DNA of 64,000 nucleotides from a bacterium (GTDB taxonomy: Bacteria > SAR324 > NAC60-12). Both the position numbers and the translations under genes were made by a program. The stretch is taken from contig CBDDTI010000747.1 of the NCBI GenBank assembly GCA_965233585.1, positions 288,001 to 352,000 of the forward strand, read 5' to 3'. Numbering within the stretch: the first letter of the stretch is position 1; each line of letters opens with the position of its first letter. Under the pieces are notes generated by a model, which ran no database searches, was not told the origin of the DNA, and worked only from the letters and a program-made list of their open reading frames with translations. Below are positions 39,336 through 48,803 of this stretch, one piece after another.

Positions 39336-40238
39336 CTAAACCCAATCTTTTGGGTTTTTCAAGACATCTATCAGTTTTTGCTGGGGGCTGTTTTCTTTGG
39401 GTTGATGGTTGTAACGCCATTGGACAACAGCGGGTAAGCTCATCAAAATACTTTCTATGCGTCCCCCTGTTTTGAGTCCAAACAAAGTCCCTTTGTCGTG
39501 AATTAAATTAAACTCCACATAACGTCCGCGTCTAATTTGTTGCCACTTGACATCTTCTTGAGTGTATGGAATGTCTTTTCGTTTGGAGACAATGGGCAGA
39601 TAAGCCTTGACAAAGCTGTGTCCCACAGCAGTGACAAAGTCATATCTCTCTTGCAAAGTGTACGTTTCGTTTGCTTTTAAATAATCAAAAAACAAGCCTC
39701 CAATGCCTCTCGCTTCGTTCCTATGTGTATTCCAAAAATACTCATCACATTGTTTTTTATACTGGGGGTACAATTCTTCGCCATGTAGGTTACAGACGTT
39801 TTGACAAACTTGATGAAAATACACAGCATCATCTTCAAATAAAAAATAAGGGGTTAAATCTTGACCTCCGCCAAACCATTGACTTGTGACGTCTCCTTGC
39901 TGATTATACATTTCAAAATATCGCCAATTTGCGTGAACAGTGGGAACGAAAGGATTTTTTGGATGCAAGACAAGGCTCAACCCGCAAGCATAAAAATTGC
40001 CTTCTGAAACTTTTAAATGTTGTTGCAAAGACACTGGTAATTGTCCATGAACAGCAGAGATGTTAACCCCGCCTTTTTCAAAGACGTCCCCATCTTCAAT
40101 GATACGTGTTCTGCCACCTCCTCCGCCTTCTCTCTCCCATAAATCTTCTTGAAAGTCTGCTTTGCAATCTAAGGCAGACACTTCTTGAGTGATGCTGTCT
40201 TGAAGTTGCTGGATATGCTGATAAAATTTTTCTTTCAT
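39336..40238 (-). CDS. hemF: Oxygen-dependent coproporphyrinogen III oxidase
   Basis: FEKGGVN, HPKNPFVPTVHAN, GGGQDLTP, RRGRYVEFNL. Confidence 0.97.
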   Translation of the reverse strand: MKEKFYQHIQQLQDSITQEVSALDCKADFQEDLWEREGGGGGRTRIIEDGDVFEKGGVNISAVHGQLPVSLQQHLKVSEGNFYACGLSLVLHPKNPFVPTVHANWRYFEMYNQQGDVTSQWFGGGQDLTPYFLFEDDAVYFHQVCQNVCNLHGEELYPQYKKQCDEYFWNTHRNEARGIGGLFFDYLKANETYTLQERYDFVTAVGHSFVKAYLPIVSKRKDIPYTQEDVKWQQIRRGRYVEFNLIHDKGTLFGLKTGGRIESILMSLPAVVQWRYNHQPKENSPQQKLIDVLKNPKDWV

Positions 40239-40291
40239 TCTGGAATGTCGTGAAATGAGAGTTGATTTGAAAAAGATTTTTTGGGATTTGA

Positions 40292-41059
40292 CTAGAAGAA
40301 GTTCACGTAAATCAATCTGACCAAAGTTGCAAAAACCATCAATAAAAAAATAGGTTTAATAAAACCTGCTCCTTTTTGAATGGCAAGATGAGAGCCTATG
40401 AACGCTCCTAAAATTTGCCCAATTCCCATAAGGACTCCCACCATGATGAGAAGGTTGCCTTGAAAGTAGAAAAATAAGATGGCGGCTAGGTTACTGGTTA
40501 AATTCATCACTTTGGTAAAACCTGTGGCTTGGACAAGATTCATTCCTGCGAAACTAACTAATGAAATTGCCCAAAATGCGCCTGTCCCTGGACCAAAAAA
40601 TCCATCATAAAAACCTAGCAATAAACCAAATAATATGAAAAACGATTTTAAACTTAACTTGGCTTGGCTTTGTTCATCACTCAATTTTTTAGAAAAGACA
40701 GAGTACACCAAAACAACCATTAAAAAGAAGGGAATCACCTTTGATAAAAGATCGCTAGGAATAAACTGGATTGCCAAAGTGCCAAGACTTGCACCAACAA
40801 AAGTCAAAGCGACTCCAAGATAAACAACTCTTCCTTGAACAACACCTTTCCTAATGAAATTGAACGTAGAGGTGAACGTTCCAAAGGCAGATTGCAACTT
40901 GTTCGTCCCCAAAGCCAGATGCGGAGGCATGCCAGTTGAAAGTAAGACAGGGAGTGCAATCAATCCACCACCACCTGCAACAGAGTCCACAAAACCTGCC
41001 AAGACCCCTGTTGATGTCAGTAATAAAACAGTCGTCCAAGTTAATTCAAAATCTATCAT
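40292..41059 (-). CDS. TauE/SafE (YfcA-like) membrane transporter
   Basis: AGFVDSVAGGGGLI, GTNK, GFYDGFFGPGTG. Confidence 0.92.
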   Translation of the reverse strand: MIDFELTWTTVLLLTSTGVLAGFVDSVAGGGGLIALPVLLSTGMPPHLALGTNKLQSAFGTFTSTFNFIRKGVVQGRVVYLGVALTFVGASLGTLAIQFIPSDLLSKVIPFFLMVVLVYSVFSKKLSDEQSQAKLSLKSFFILFGLLLGFYDGFFGPGTGAFWAISLVSFAGMNLVQATGFTKVMNLTSNLAAILFFYFQGNLLIMVGVLMGIGQILGAFIGSHLAIQKGAGFIKPIFLLMVFATLVRLIYVNFF

Positions 41060-41176
41060 CTAGCTTCTCCTTCTTTTGTAAAGATTTTTGACAATTCAGT
41101 AATTTGAGTGAGTGATTGAAGGTCATATCCTTCAACTTATGCGGGAAATAATCAACTAAATTCTAAAAAACGATGC

Positions 41177-41698
41177 TTAAACAGAGAACCTAGAATAAGA
41201 AGAAACAGAAGGGGCAAGATTTCCTGTGACAGAGTAGGTAGAACGTGAGTGCAGTTGTTCCTGTAAAAATTGGAGTGATGTTTCAATGGGTTTCAGACGA
41301 GCATTTGCAATTTCTGCTGTTTGATTGGCAAGGTCAGAAATCTGTTGCATCAACTCTAGTAATTGTTTTTTGAGTTTTTGCAAAGACTGTCTTGACTGGG
41401 GAGGAAGGTGTTGCTGCAAAGTGGAAAGGGTGATGGTTTGAAACACCTCTTTTGGCAAATCAAGTTCTTGAGCAAGCTCATTTGTGATTTCCAAGCGACG
41501 TTGCTCTTCTGCTGAAATTTGCCTGATTTTCTGGTGCTTCTTTGCATGAAGTTGCATCAACTCTGACGCAGAATGCTTGCCAAGATTTTCTGATTCTTGT
41601 GTAAGAAGATGCAATAAATCTTGGTGAAGCAAGACTTGTTGTCTCAATGAGTTGACTAACTGATTGAACAAGTTTTCCATAATTGATGGAACATTCAA
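41177..41698 (-). CDS. flgN: Flagellar export chaperone FlgN
   Basis: Helical protein downstream of flgM; TY..G C-terminal motif. Confidence 0.8.
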   Translation of the reverse strand: MNVPSIMENLFNQLVNSLRQQVLLHQDLLHLLTQESENLGKHSASELMQLHAKKHQKIRQISAEEQRRLEITNELAQELDLPKEVFQTITLSTLQQHLPPQSRQSLQKLKKQLLELMQQISDLANQTAEIANARLKPIETSLQFLQEQLHSRSTYSVTGNLAPSVSSYSRFSV

Positions 41699-41707
41699 GA
41701 GAGAGGT

Positions 41708-41995
41708 TTAAACTTCTTCACGCAGCGAATCCAGAATCATTTTAGAGGCAAGTTGCTCTGAATTGACCTGATATTCTCCACTTTCAATTCTTGCTTTGAG
41801 TTCTGCAACTTTGTCAGCACGTATGTCAGGTTCAAGTTGAATCCGCTTTTGAATTTTGTTCATGGTGAAGTCTGACGTCTCCACAGAACGTGAACCTGAA
41901 GTCTGATTGGCTTGCGTTCCGTCTTTAGAAACTTTTGCAAGCTCACCATCAGCCTTGTTTGTTGTGGTAGTAGGTGGTTGATAGTTAATTTTCAT
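41708..41995 (-). CDS. flgM: Anti-sigma28 factor FlgM
   Basis: DIRADKVAELKARIESGEYQVNSEQLASKMI. Confidence 0.92.
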   Translation of the reverse strand: MKINYQPPTTTTNKADGELAKVSKDGTQANQTSGSRSVETSDFTMNKIQKRIQLEPDIRADKVAELKARIESGEYQVNSEQLASKMILDSLREEV

Positions 41996-42106
41996 AGAGA
42001 CCTTTTTTAGTGAAAAACAATGCTAGAAGAAATTCCAATTAGAAGATAGAAACCAGACAGCTTATCTCATTTCTATTCGGAGAGGCAACTCATTGCCTTA
42101 CACTAA

Positions 42107-42133
42107 ATATCGGCAAGCCCGTTCAAAACTTTA
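42107..42133 (-). promoter_or_regulatory. Sigma28 (FliA) promoter for flgMN
   Basis: Minus strand TAAA-N15-GCCGATAT (TAAAGTTT...), a near-consensus match. Confidence 0.85.
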
Positions 42134-42138
42134 ATTTT

Positions 42139-42441
42139 TTATTTAACCGAGTGCTTATATTCATTATAAATCATCTCACCCAAACCAAAAGCACGTGTTC
42201 TTGATGCCATTTGGGCATATTCTTGGTCTAACATAGATTTAAACGTCTTTTCTCCATTGGATTCTGGCAGAAGGTCAGACTTTTGAGTGGCATCACGCAT
42301 GGTTTTCAGCATTTGTTGGATAAAGAGTTGCTCAAAATCTTGCGAGGCTTCTTGAAGTTTCTCTTGACTTTCAGGCTTCTTTTGGGAAGGCAAAGTTTGC
42401 GTTTGAATTTGTTGCCAATCAGAAGAGGGGAATTTTATCAT
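42139..42441 (-). CDS. flgJ: FlgJ rod-binding domain protein (no muramidase domain)
   Basis: LQEASQDFEQLFIQQMLKTMR...FKSMLDQEYA...GLGEMIY. Confidence 0.88.
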   Translation of the reverse strand: MIKFPSSDWQQIQTQTLPSQKKPESQEKLQEASQDFEQLFIQQMLKTMRDATQKSDLLPESNGEKTFKSMLDQEYAQMASRTRAFGLGEMIYNEYKHSVK

Positions 42442-42455
42442 AACTTGATAGAAAA

Positions 42456-43532
42456 TTAGCGAATGACTAAATCTGCATGTAATGCCCCAGAGGCTTTGAC
42501 CGCCTTCAAGATTTGCGAAAGGTCTTGAGACGAGGCACCAATTTTGTTAAACCCATCAACAATTTCTTTAAGATCTACCCCACCTTTGAGCATGAAGAGG
42601 TCAGCAGAATGTTGTTCAGGAGGCTGTCCATCTGGTGTAGGTTGGGCATCTTGTGGCTTGATTTCAATACTCAATGACCCTTGTGAAATGGCAACGGGGG
42701 AGATTCTGACATATTTACCCATGACCACTGTCCCCGAACGTTCATCTAATACCACTTTGGCTTGCTGGTCTGGCGTGATGTCTAAATTTTCAATGTATGA
42801 CACAAGCTCAACTGTCCTGCCTAAATAACTATGAGGTACAATGACCTCAATAGAACCTGCATCTTTGGCACGCGCAGACTTCTCTCCCAACTTCTGGTTA
42901 ATCAGCTTCTCCAACCGAAATGCTGTGGTAAAGTCTGGTGCTTTGAGATTCATGTAAATGCGAGTCCGACTATTGAGATTTAATCGGACTTCTTGTTCTA
43001 CCAATGCACCATTAGGAATCTTTCCGACAGAACGCACCATACTTGAATTGACTGGCAGTTGGTCAATGGGGTCTGGCTGCGCTTCAGACAACCTTGGAAT
43101 GTCAATGACAGGACCCTGTGCCACTGCATAAACTAAACGATTAGGTCCTCTTAAAGGCGCCATGACCAGCACACCTCCACGCAATGAATTAGCATCTCCA
43201 ATCGTAGAAACTGTGACGTCAATGCGTTGACCCGATTTTGCAAAAGGGGGCAAAGTGGCAGTCAGCCAAACTGCCGCAATACTACGACCGATGATGTCTT
43301 GCTGATTCAATGAAATACCAATTCTTTCAAGTGCATTGATGACAGGTTTCCTTGCCAAAAGGCTTTCTTGCGAATCCCCTGTCCCATTGAGACCAACAAT
43401 AATCCCAAAACCCGTCAACTGATTATCCCTTGCTCCTCTGAGCGAAGCCACATCTTTGACACGCACTGCCTGTGCTGAAAATACTATCAAAAGACAAATG
43501 AGTGTCAAAATCCATCTATGAATTTGCATCAT
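42456..43532 (-). CDS. flgI: Flagellar P-ring protein
   Basis: RDNQLTGFGIIVGLNGTGD, LPPFA, SLRGG, ERSGTVV, GALHADL. Confidence 0.95.
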   Translation of the reverse strand: MMQIHRWILTLICLLIVFSAQAVRVKDVASLRGARDNQLTGFGIIVGLNGTGDSQESLLARKPVINALERIGISLNQQDIIGRSIAAVWLTATLPPFAKSGQRIDVTVSTIGDANSLRGGVLVMAPLRGPNRLVYAVAQGPVIDIPRLSEAQPDPIDQLPVNSSMVRSVGKIPNGALVEQEVRLNLNSRTRIYMNLKAPDFTTAFRLEKLINQKLGEKSARAKDAGSIEVIVPHSYLGRTVELVSYIENLDITPDQQAKVVLDERSGTVVMGKYVRISPVAISQGSLSIEIKPQDAQPTPDGQPPEQHSADLFMLKGGVDLKEIVDGFNKIGASSQDLSQILKAVKASGALHADLVIR

Positions 43533-43572
43533 CTACCCTAATTTGTTTGGAGGATTAAATAGACTAAAGACA

Positions 43573-43589
43573 TTCAATTTCAATGCCAA
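43573..43589 (-). promoter_or_regulatory. Possible sigma54 promoter for flgI
   Basis: Minus strand TTGGCATTGAAATTGAA: -24 GG element present, -12 element GA instead of GC. Confidence 0.4.
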
Positions 43590-43703
43590 AGTATGAAGTC
43601 AAACTTGATAATCAATAAAAAGTTTATTATTTTATAAACAAAGGCTATTTTAGATGAAATTGGCTTAAATGACTTGGATTGAATACACAATTATTTTAAA
43701 AAC

Positions 43704-44888
43704 ATGAATGCTCCTACTAAATCATCAGCTAAAGAATTTGTAGCATTGATGGCAGTTTTGTCATCATTGGCGGCTTTTGCAATAGATTCAATTGTTCCTG
43801 TTTTGCCAGCCATGGCGAATGATTTGCAGACTGACCAGCGTCAAATTCAGTTGGTCATTCCAGTTTTATTTGCTGGCTTCAGTTTAGGCTTACTCATTTA
43901 TGGACCACTTTCAGACACAACAGGTCGTAAAAAAATGATTTATTACGGATTAGGGGTGTTCATACTGGGGTCTTTCATCTGCTATCTTGCAGATGGAATA
44001 GAAGTGATGCTCATGGGACGTTTTTTACAAGGACTTGGCGCTGCTTCTGGACGAAGCCTTTCTGTTGCCATGATTCGCGATATTTACAACGGCTCTGCCA
44101 TGGCCAAGGTCACTTCCTCTGTCATGTCTGTTTTTATTCTTGTGCCTGTCATTGCCCCCTCTTTGGGACAACTGATTAGTCATTTCACCAACTGGAGAGT
44201 GATTTTTGGAGTGCTAATGATACAGGGTGTCATTGCACTGTTTTGGTTTATGAGACAATCAGAAACCTTACATGTACAAAATCGCAGACCTTTTTCGCTC
44301 AAACAAAACTGGCAACATACTCTGTTTATTTTAAAAAGTCGCACTTCATGTGGCTACACTGTCGCTTTGGGGCTGACTTTTGGTGCATTCATCGGATATT
44401 TGATTCTTGCCAGACCCATTTTGCAAGACCAGTATCAACTAGGTTTTTTATTCTCCCTTTATTTTGCAGTCAATGCGATTGCGATTGCGATTGCAGGAGT
44501 CGTCAATGCGAAGCTGGTGATGCGTTATGGAATGCACAAGTTATCAGTGCTGGCAACTCAAATCATAGCTTTGTCAGCATTTGTTTTTTTTGGGGTTGTT
44601 TGGTGGTATTCAGGGCAACCTCCATTGCCGATTTTTGCTGTTTATATGTTTATCACTAACTTTTGTATGGGGATTCTTTTTGGAAACATCAATGCGTTAG
44701 CCATGGAGCGATTGGGAAACATTGCAGGAATTGGCTCGTCTGTTTTGGGGTGTCTTTCCAACCTGATTGGCACTTTGATAGGCTCACTGATTGGTCAAAT
44801 GTACAATCACACTCTTTTTCCTTTGGTGATAGGGTTTTTGATTACGGGGAGCCTTTCCTGCAAATTATTGCAATATTCAAAACAATAG
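43704..44888 (+). CDS. Bcr/CflA-family MFS efflux transporter
   Basis: GPLSDTTGRK, RFLQGLG, 12 TM pattern. Confidence 0.92.
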   Translation: MNAPTKSSAKEFVALMAVLSSLAAFAIDSIVPVLPAMANDLQTDQRQIQLVIPVLFAGFSLGLLIYGPLSDTTGRKKMIYYGLGVFILGSFICYLADGIEVMLMGRFLQGLGAASGRSLSVAMIRDIYNGSAMAKVTSSVMSVFILVPVIAPSLGQLISHFTNWRVIFGVLMIQGVIALFWFMRQSETLHVQNRRPFSLKQNWQHTLFILKSRTSCGYTVALGLTFGAFIGYLILARPILQDQYQLGFLFSLYFAVNAIAIAIAGVVNAKLVMRYGMHKLSVLATQIIALSAFVFFGVVWWYSGQPPLPIFAVYMFITNFCMGILFGNINALAMERLGNIAGIGSSVLGCLSNLIGTLIGSLIGQMYNHTLFPLVIGFLITGSLSCKLLQYSKQ

Positions 44889-44968
44889 CTTTTAAAAATC
44901 TTTAAAGTCATTGATTTTCTTTTCAAAATCTTCTAGCATGGAGTGTTTCTGATTTTGAGTAGAGTAGA

Positions 44969-46204
44969 TTGATGAAAGTCGTCATTGTCGGTGCAGGTAT
45001 TATTGGGCTGAATTGTGCTTATTATCTGCACAAAAAAGGAATTGAGGTGTCTGTCTTGGATCAAGGTGAGGTTTGTTCTGGAGCGTCAGCAGGCAATGCC
45101 TGTTACGTTGCTCCAAGCCATATTGTCCCCCTGCCAACACCAGACATTTTGGCAAAAGGTCTCAAGTGGATGTTTAATCCCAAAAGCCCTTTCTACATTA
45201 AGCCAAGACCTAGTATAGACCTGATTTCATGGCTTTTGCGATTCTGCCTCAACTGCAATGCAACCCAAATGCAAAGAGGCATACCTGTTTTAAATCAGCT
45301 GCTTTCTACAAATCTTAAGTTGCTTTTAGAGATGTCGCAGGAAGGAGAATTTGAATTTCCTTTGTGGAAAAAGGGGCTATTCTATTTGTTCATTACACAA
45401 AAAGGAATGACAGGAGCAGAGAAGCTTAGCAGAGTCTGCCATGAACACGGTGTGACCTCATCGCTGGTGAATCAAAGAGATTTAGAGAAGCTGGACAGCA
45501 ACCTAGTTTCAGATTCTGTCTTAGGAAGTCTTTATTTTCCTAATGACGTGCATATTGACTCTCAAGCCTTCGTTCTTGCACTTGCTAACTATCTAAAAAG
45601 TCAAGGTGTAGAGATTCAAACACGCACTCCAATTCAGTCCGTTCAACCTCTTTCCAAAGCCTCAAACCAAGTCGCCTTGTTTAAAGACTCTGGGGAATCT
45701 GTTCAAGCAGATGCGTTTGTCATTGCCAATGGTGCATGGGCGCCAAAGCTATTAGACCCGTTAGGCATCAAAACCCACATTCAACCTGCCAAAGGGTATA
45801 GCCTCACTTTTCCTGCACCTGATAATTTGCCCTCATCACCTGCAATCTTGGCAGAATCCAAAGTTGCGATGACACCACTTGGCGATCGTTTACGTTTTTC
45901 AGGAACACTGGAACTGGCAGGTTATGACCGCTCCATCAATCCAGTCCGAGTGCAAGCCATTGTTGAGGCTGCCAACCGCTATTTGCCTCATCTCAACCCT
46001 CCCGAAAATGCGATAAAAGACGCATGGGCAGGGTATCGCTCTTGCACTCCAACAGGATTGCCATTGATTGGAAAAACAAACCAGTATGAAAATTTATTCA
46101 TTGCCACAGGTCACAACATGATTGGAATCAGCCTTGCCAACGTCACAGGTCAGTTGATTCAAGAAGCGATCTGCGGAGAAAAACCGTTTTACCACTCTGT
46201 ATAA
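44969..46204 (+). CDS. FAD-dependent D-amino acid dehydrogenase family (DadA-like)
   Basis: GAGIIG, ASAGNA, PAKGYS, WAGYR, ATGH. Confidence 0.9.
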   Translation: MMKVVIVGAGIIGLNCAYYLHKKGIEVSVLDQGEVCSGASAGNACYVAPSHIVPLPTPDILAKGLKWMFNPKSPFYIKPRPSIDLISWLLRFCLNCNATQMQRGIPVLNQLLSTNLKLLLEMSQEGEFEFPLWKKGLFYLFITQKGMTGAEKLSRVCHEHGVTSSLVNQRDLEKLDSNLVSDSVLGSLYFPNDVHIDSQAFVLALANYLKSQGVEIQTRTPIQSVQPLSKASNQVALFKDSGESVQADAFVIANGAWAPKLLDPLGIKTHIQPAKGYSLTFPAPDNLPSSPAILAESKVAMTPLGDRLRFSGTLELAGYDRSINPVRVQAIVEAANRYLPHLNPPENAIKDAWAGYRSCTPTGLPLIGKTNQYENLFIATGHNMIGISLANVTGQLIQEAICGEKPFYHSV

Positions 46205-46256
46205 GGTTGAGTGAACTCAAACATAAAAAACGTACCGATTTTGAATAGAAACGAGC

Positions 46257-47009
46257 ATGTCTGGACATAGTAAATGGAGTACCATTAAACACCGCAAAGG
46301 TGCAAAAGATGCGCAACGTGGAAAACTTTTTACCAAACTTATCAAGGAAATCACGATTGCCGCAAGGGGAGGAGGAGACCCCGATGCCAACCCAAGACTA
46401 CGCAGTGCCATTGCCAATGCCAAAAATCAAAGAATGCCAAAAGACAACATTGAACGTGCCATCAAAAAAGGCACAGGTGAACTGGCAGGTGAGCAATATG
46501 AAGAGATTCTTTATGAGGGATACGGACCTCATCAAACTGCTTTGATTATTGAAGCCATGACAGATAACCGCAACCGTACCATCTCATTTGTCAGAAGCAC
46601 TTTAGGCAAACATGGGGGCAATCTTGGGTCAGCCAACTCTGTCCAATATATGTTTGACTACAAAGGAGTCATTCGCATTCCTTGTTCTGCGATTGAAGAA
46701 GACCAACTTTTAGAAATGGCTCTTGATGCAGGGGCAGAAGATATGATTCAAGAAACAGATGAAGAGTTCCAAGTCTTGACTTCAAAATCAGACTTTCAAA
46801 ACGTCCGTGACCAATTAGAAAAGAAAGAAGTCCAAATGTCCTATGCCTCGCTTTCATGGATTCCACAAAATTTGATTGAATTGAACGACCTGCAAAAAGC
46901 AGAGTCTGTTTTAAAATTGATGGATATACTGGAAGACAACGAAGACGTTCAAAACGTGTATTCCAATTTTGAATTTTCTGAAAGTGTTTTAGAAACTTTG
47001 GGGAAGTAG
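46257..47009 (+). CDS. yebC: YebC/PmpR family protein
   Basis: [28 protein letters not shown]. Confidence 0.96.
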   Translation: MSGHSKWSTIKHRKGAKDAQRGKLFTKLIKEITIAARGGGDPDANPRLRSAIANAKNQRMPKDNIERAIKKGTGELAGEQYEEILYEGYGPHQTALIIEAMTDNRNRTISFVRSTLGKHGGNLGSANSVQYMFDYKGVIRIPCSAIEEDQLLEMALDAGAEDMIQETDEEFQVLTSKSDFQNVRDQLEKKEVQMSYASLSWIPQNLIELNDLQKAESVLKLMDILEDNEDVQNVYSNFEFSESVLETLGK

Positions 47010-47492
47010 GTGATTATTTTAGGAATTGACCCCGGTAGCCAAAAGACAGGTTATGGAGTGATTCAAAGAGAAAACAATCGTTTGAAAAGATTGAGCAGTG
47101 GGCAAATCAAACTTTCACCCAAATTAGAATTTTCTGAAAAACTTGCCACCATCACTACATCGCTTAATCAAGTCATTGAGGAATTTACCCCAGAATCTAT
47201 GGCGGTTGAGAAGGTGTTCCTTTCAAAAAATGTCCATGTCGCCCTCGTACTGGGTCAGGCTCGTGGCGCTGCCATTGTTGCAGGAGCATTAAAAGGCATG
47301 AAAGTTTATGAATATGCGGCAAGACAAGTGAAGACCGCAACGGTTGGTTTTGGTGCAGCCGATAAAGAACAAGTCAGACACATGGTCGGGGTACTGTTAC
47401 AAATCCCATATCAGCAACTCAAAGAAGATGAAGCTGATGCACTGGCTGTTGCTATTACTCACGCACATACGGTACCGCCTTCCAAAATTTGA
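47010..47492 (+). CDS. ruvC: Holliday junction resolvase
   Basis: ILGIDPG, AVEKVF, GQARG, DEADALA. Confidence 0.96.
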   Translation: MIILGIDPGSQKTGYGVIQRENNRLKRLSSGQIKLSPKLEFSEKLATITTSLNQVIEEFTPESMAVEKVFLSKNVHVALVLGQARGAAIVAGALKGMKVYEYAARQVKTATVGFGAADKEQVRHMVGVLLQIPYQQLKEDEADALAVAITHAHTVPPSKI

Positions 47493-47539
47493 ATCGCAAT
47501 GGTTTGGGTTTGAACTTTTAGACTTCTTTTGATAAACCG

Positions 47540-48112
47540 ATGATTGCATACATACAGGGCAGAGTGATTCAGCAGTCTCAACACTTTGTCATTGTTCAGA
47601 CAGATTCTGGAGTTGGCTATCAACTTTACGTCAACCAAGCCTTGCCACCTTCAGACCAACAAGTTTCATATTTTGTTCACACCTATATCCGTGAAGATGA
47701 GCTAAAACTTTATGGTTTTGTAGATTTTGAAGACAAGCAGATTTTTGAACAATTACTGAAGGCATCGGGAGTGGGTCCTAAAATGGCAATGACCATGCTG
47801 GCAACTTATCCCCCTCAAACTTTATGTCAAATTGCAACAAGCCAAGATGAACTGAAACTGCAAAGTATTCCCGGAGTTGGAAAAAAGACTGCTAAAAAGA
47901 TTTGCATTGAGCTGGCAGACTTGCTAAAACATTTTGAATATGCAAACACCGCAACAGAACAAGAAAATCCGAATGAGCTGATTTCTGCATTGTCAAATTT
48001 AGGATTTTCTGAGAAGAACATCGTTGCCGCCATTTCTACATTAGACCTTCAAAACCTTTCTTTTGAAGAGCAAATGAAGCAGGCTTTGGCAACACTCAAA
48101 CCCCCTTACTAA
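47540..48112 (+). CDS. ruvA: Holliday junction branch migration protein
   Basis: GVGY, REDELKLYGF, SGVGPK, PGVGKKTA. Confidence 0.96.
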   Translation: MIAYIQGRVIQQSQHFVIVQTDSGVGYQLYVNQALPPSDQQVSYFVHTYIREDELKLYGFVDFEDKQIFEQLLKASGVGPKMAMTMLATYPPQTLCQIATSQDELKLQSIPGVGKKTAKKICIELADLLKHFEYANTATEQENPNELISALSNLGFSEKNIVAAISTLDLQNLSFEEQMKQALATLKPPY

Positions 48113-48136
48113 CTTAATTTATCAAAGGACTCAAAA

Positions 48137-48646
48137 ATGGGTAGTTTAAATAAAGTCATGTTAATTGGAAGACTGGGTCAAGACCCTGAAACTCGTTACA
48201 CTCAATCAGGTCAAGCAGTGGCAAACTTTTCATTGGCAACAACAGACCACTGGAAAGATGCCAATGGCAACTCTCAAGAAAAAACAGAGTGGCATAGTCT
48301 AGTGGCATGGGGTAGAAATGCTGACCTTACACAAAATTATTTGCGTAAAGGGAGTTTGGTGTACATTGAAGGTTCATTACAGACACGTAGTTGGGACGAC
48401 CAAAATACAGGACAAAAACGTTACAAAACAGAAGTGAGTGTACAAAAAATTCAATTTTTGGAAAAGAGAAGTGACGCAGGGCAAAGCTATCAGGGAGAGT
48501 ATCAGCAACAGCCTACACAACAGCCCTATGCTCAAAACTCCCAGCCATCAGCTCCACCACCTCCTCCTCCGCAACCTATGCCACAACAAGCTCCTAACCC
48601 TTCAACACAACCACCAGCCTACATTGATGATGATGTGCCGTTCTAG
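48137..48646 (+). CDS. ssb: Single-stranded DNA-binding protein
   Basis: [24 protein letters not shown] tail. Confidence 0.97.
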   Translation: MGSLNKVMLIGRLGQDPETRYTQSGQAVANFSLATTDHWKDANGNSQEKTEWHSLVAWGRNADLTQNYLRKGSLVYIEGSLQTRSWDDQNTGQKRYKTEVSVQKIQFLEKRSDAGQSYQGEYQQQPTQQPYAQNSQPSAPPPPPPQPMPQQAPNPSTQPPAYIDDDVPF

Positions 48647-48698
48647 CAACCTTTTTGAACTGATTCTACATAAATTGAACCCAAAATCTTTTTTTCAC

Positions 48699-48727
48699 TT
48701 GACAAAAATATAAAAATAGAGTCTAAT
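48699..48727 (+). promoter_or_regulatory. Sigma70 promoter for rpsA
   Basis: TTGACA-N17-TCTAAT. Confidence 0.65.
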
Positions 48728-48803
48728 GTCCCGTTTTAGCTTTTGCCTGATAGGCATGATGATTCACCTTTTTCGCCAGTAAAAACACTGCGCAACCCCT
48801 ACA

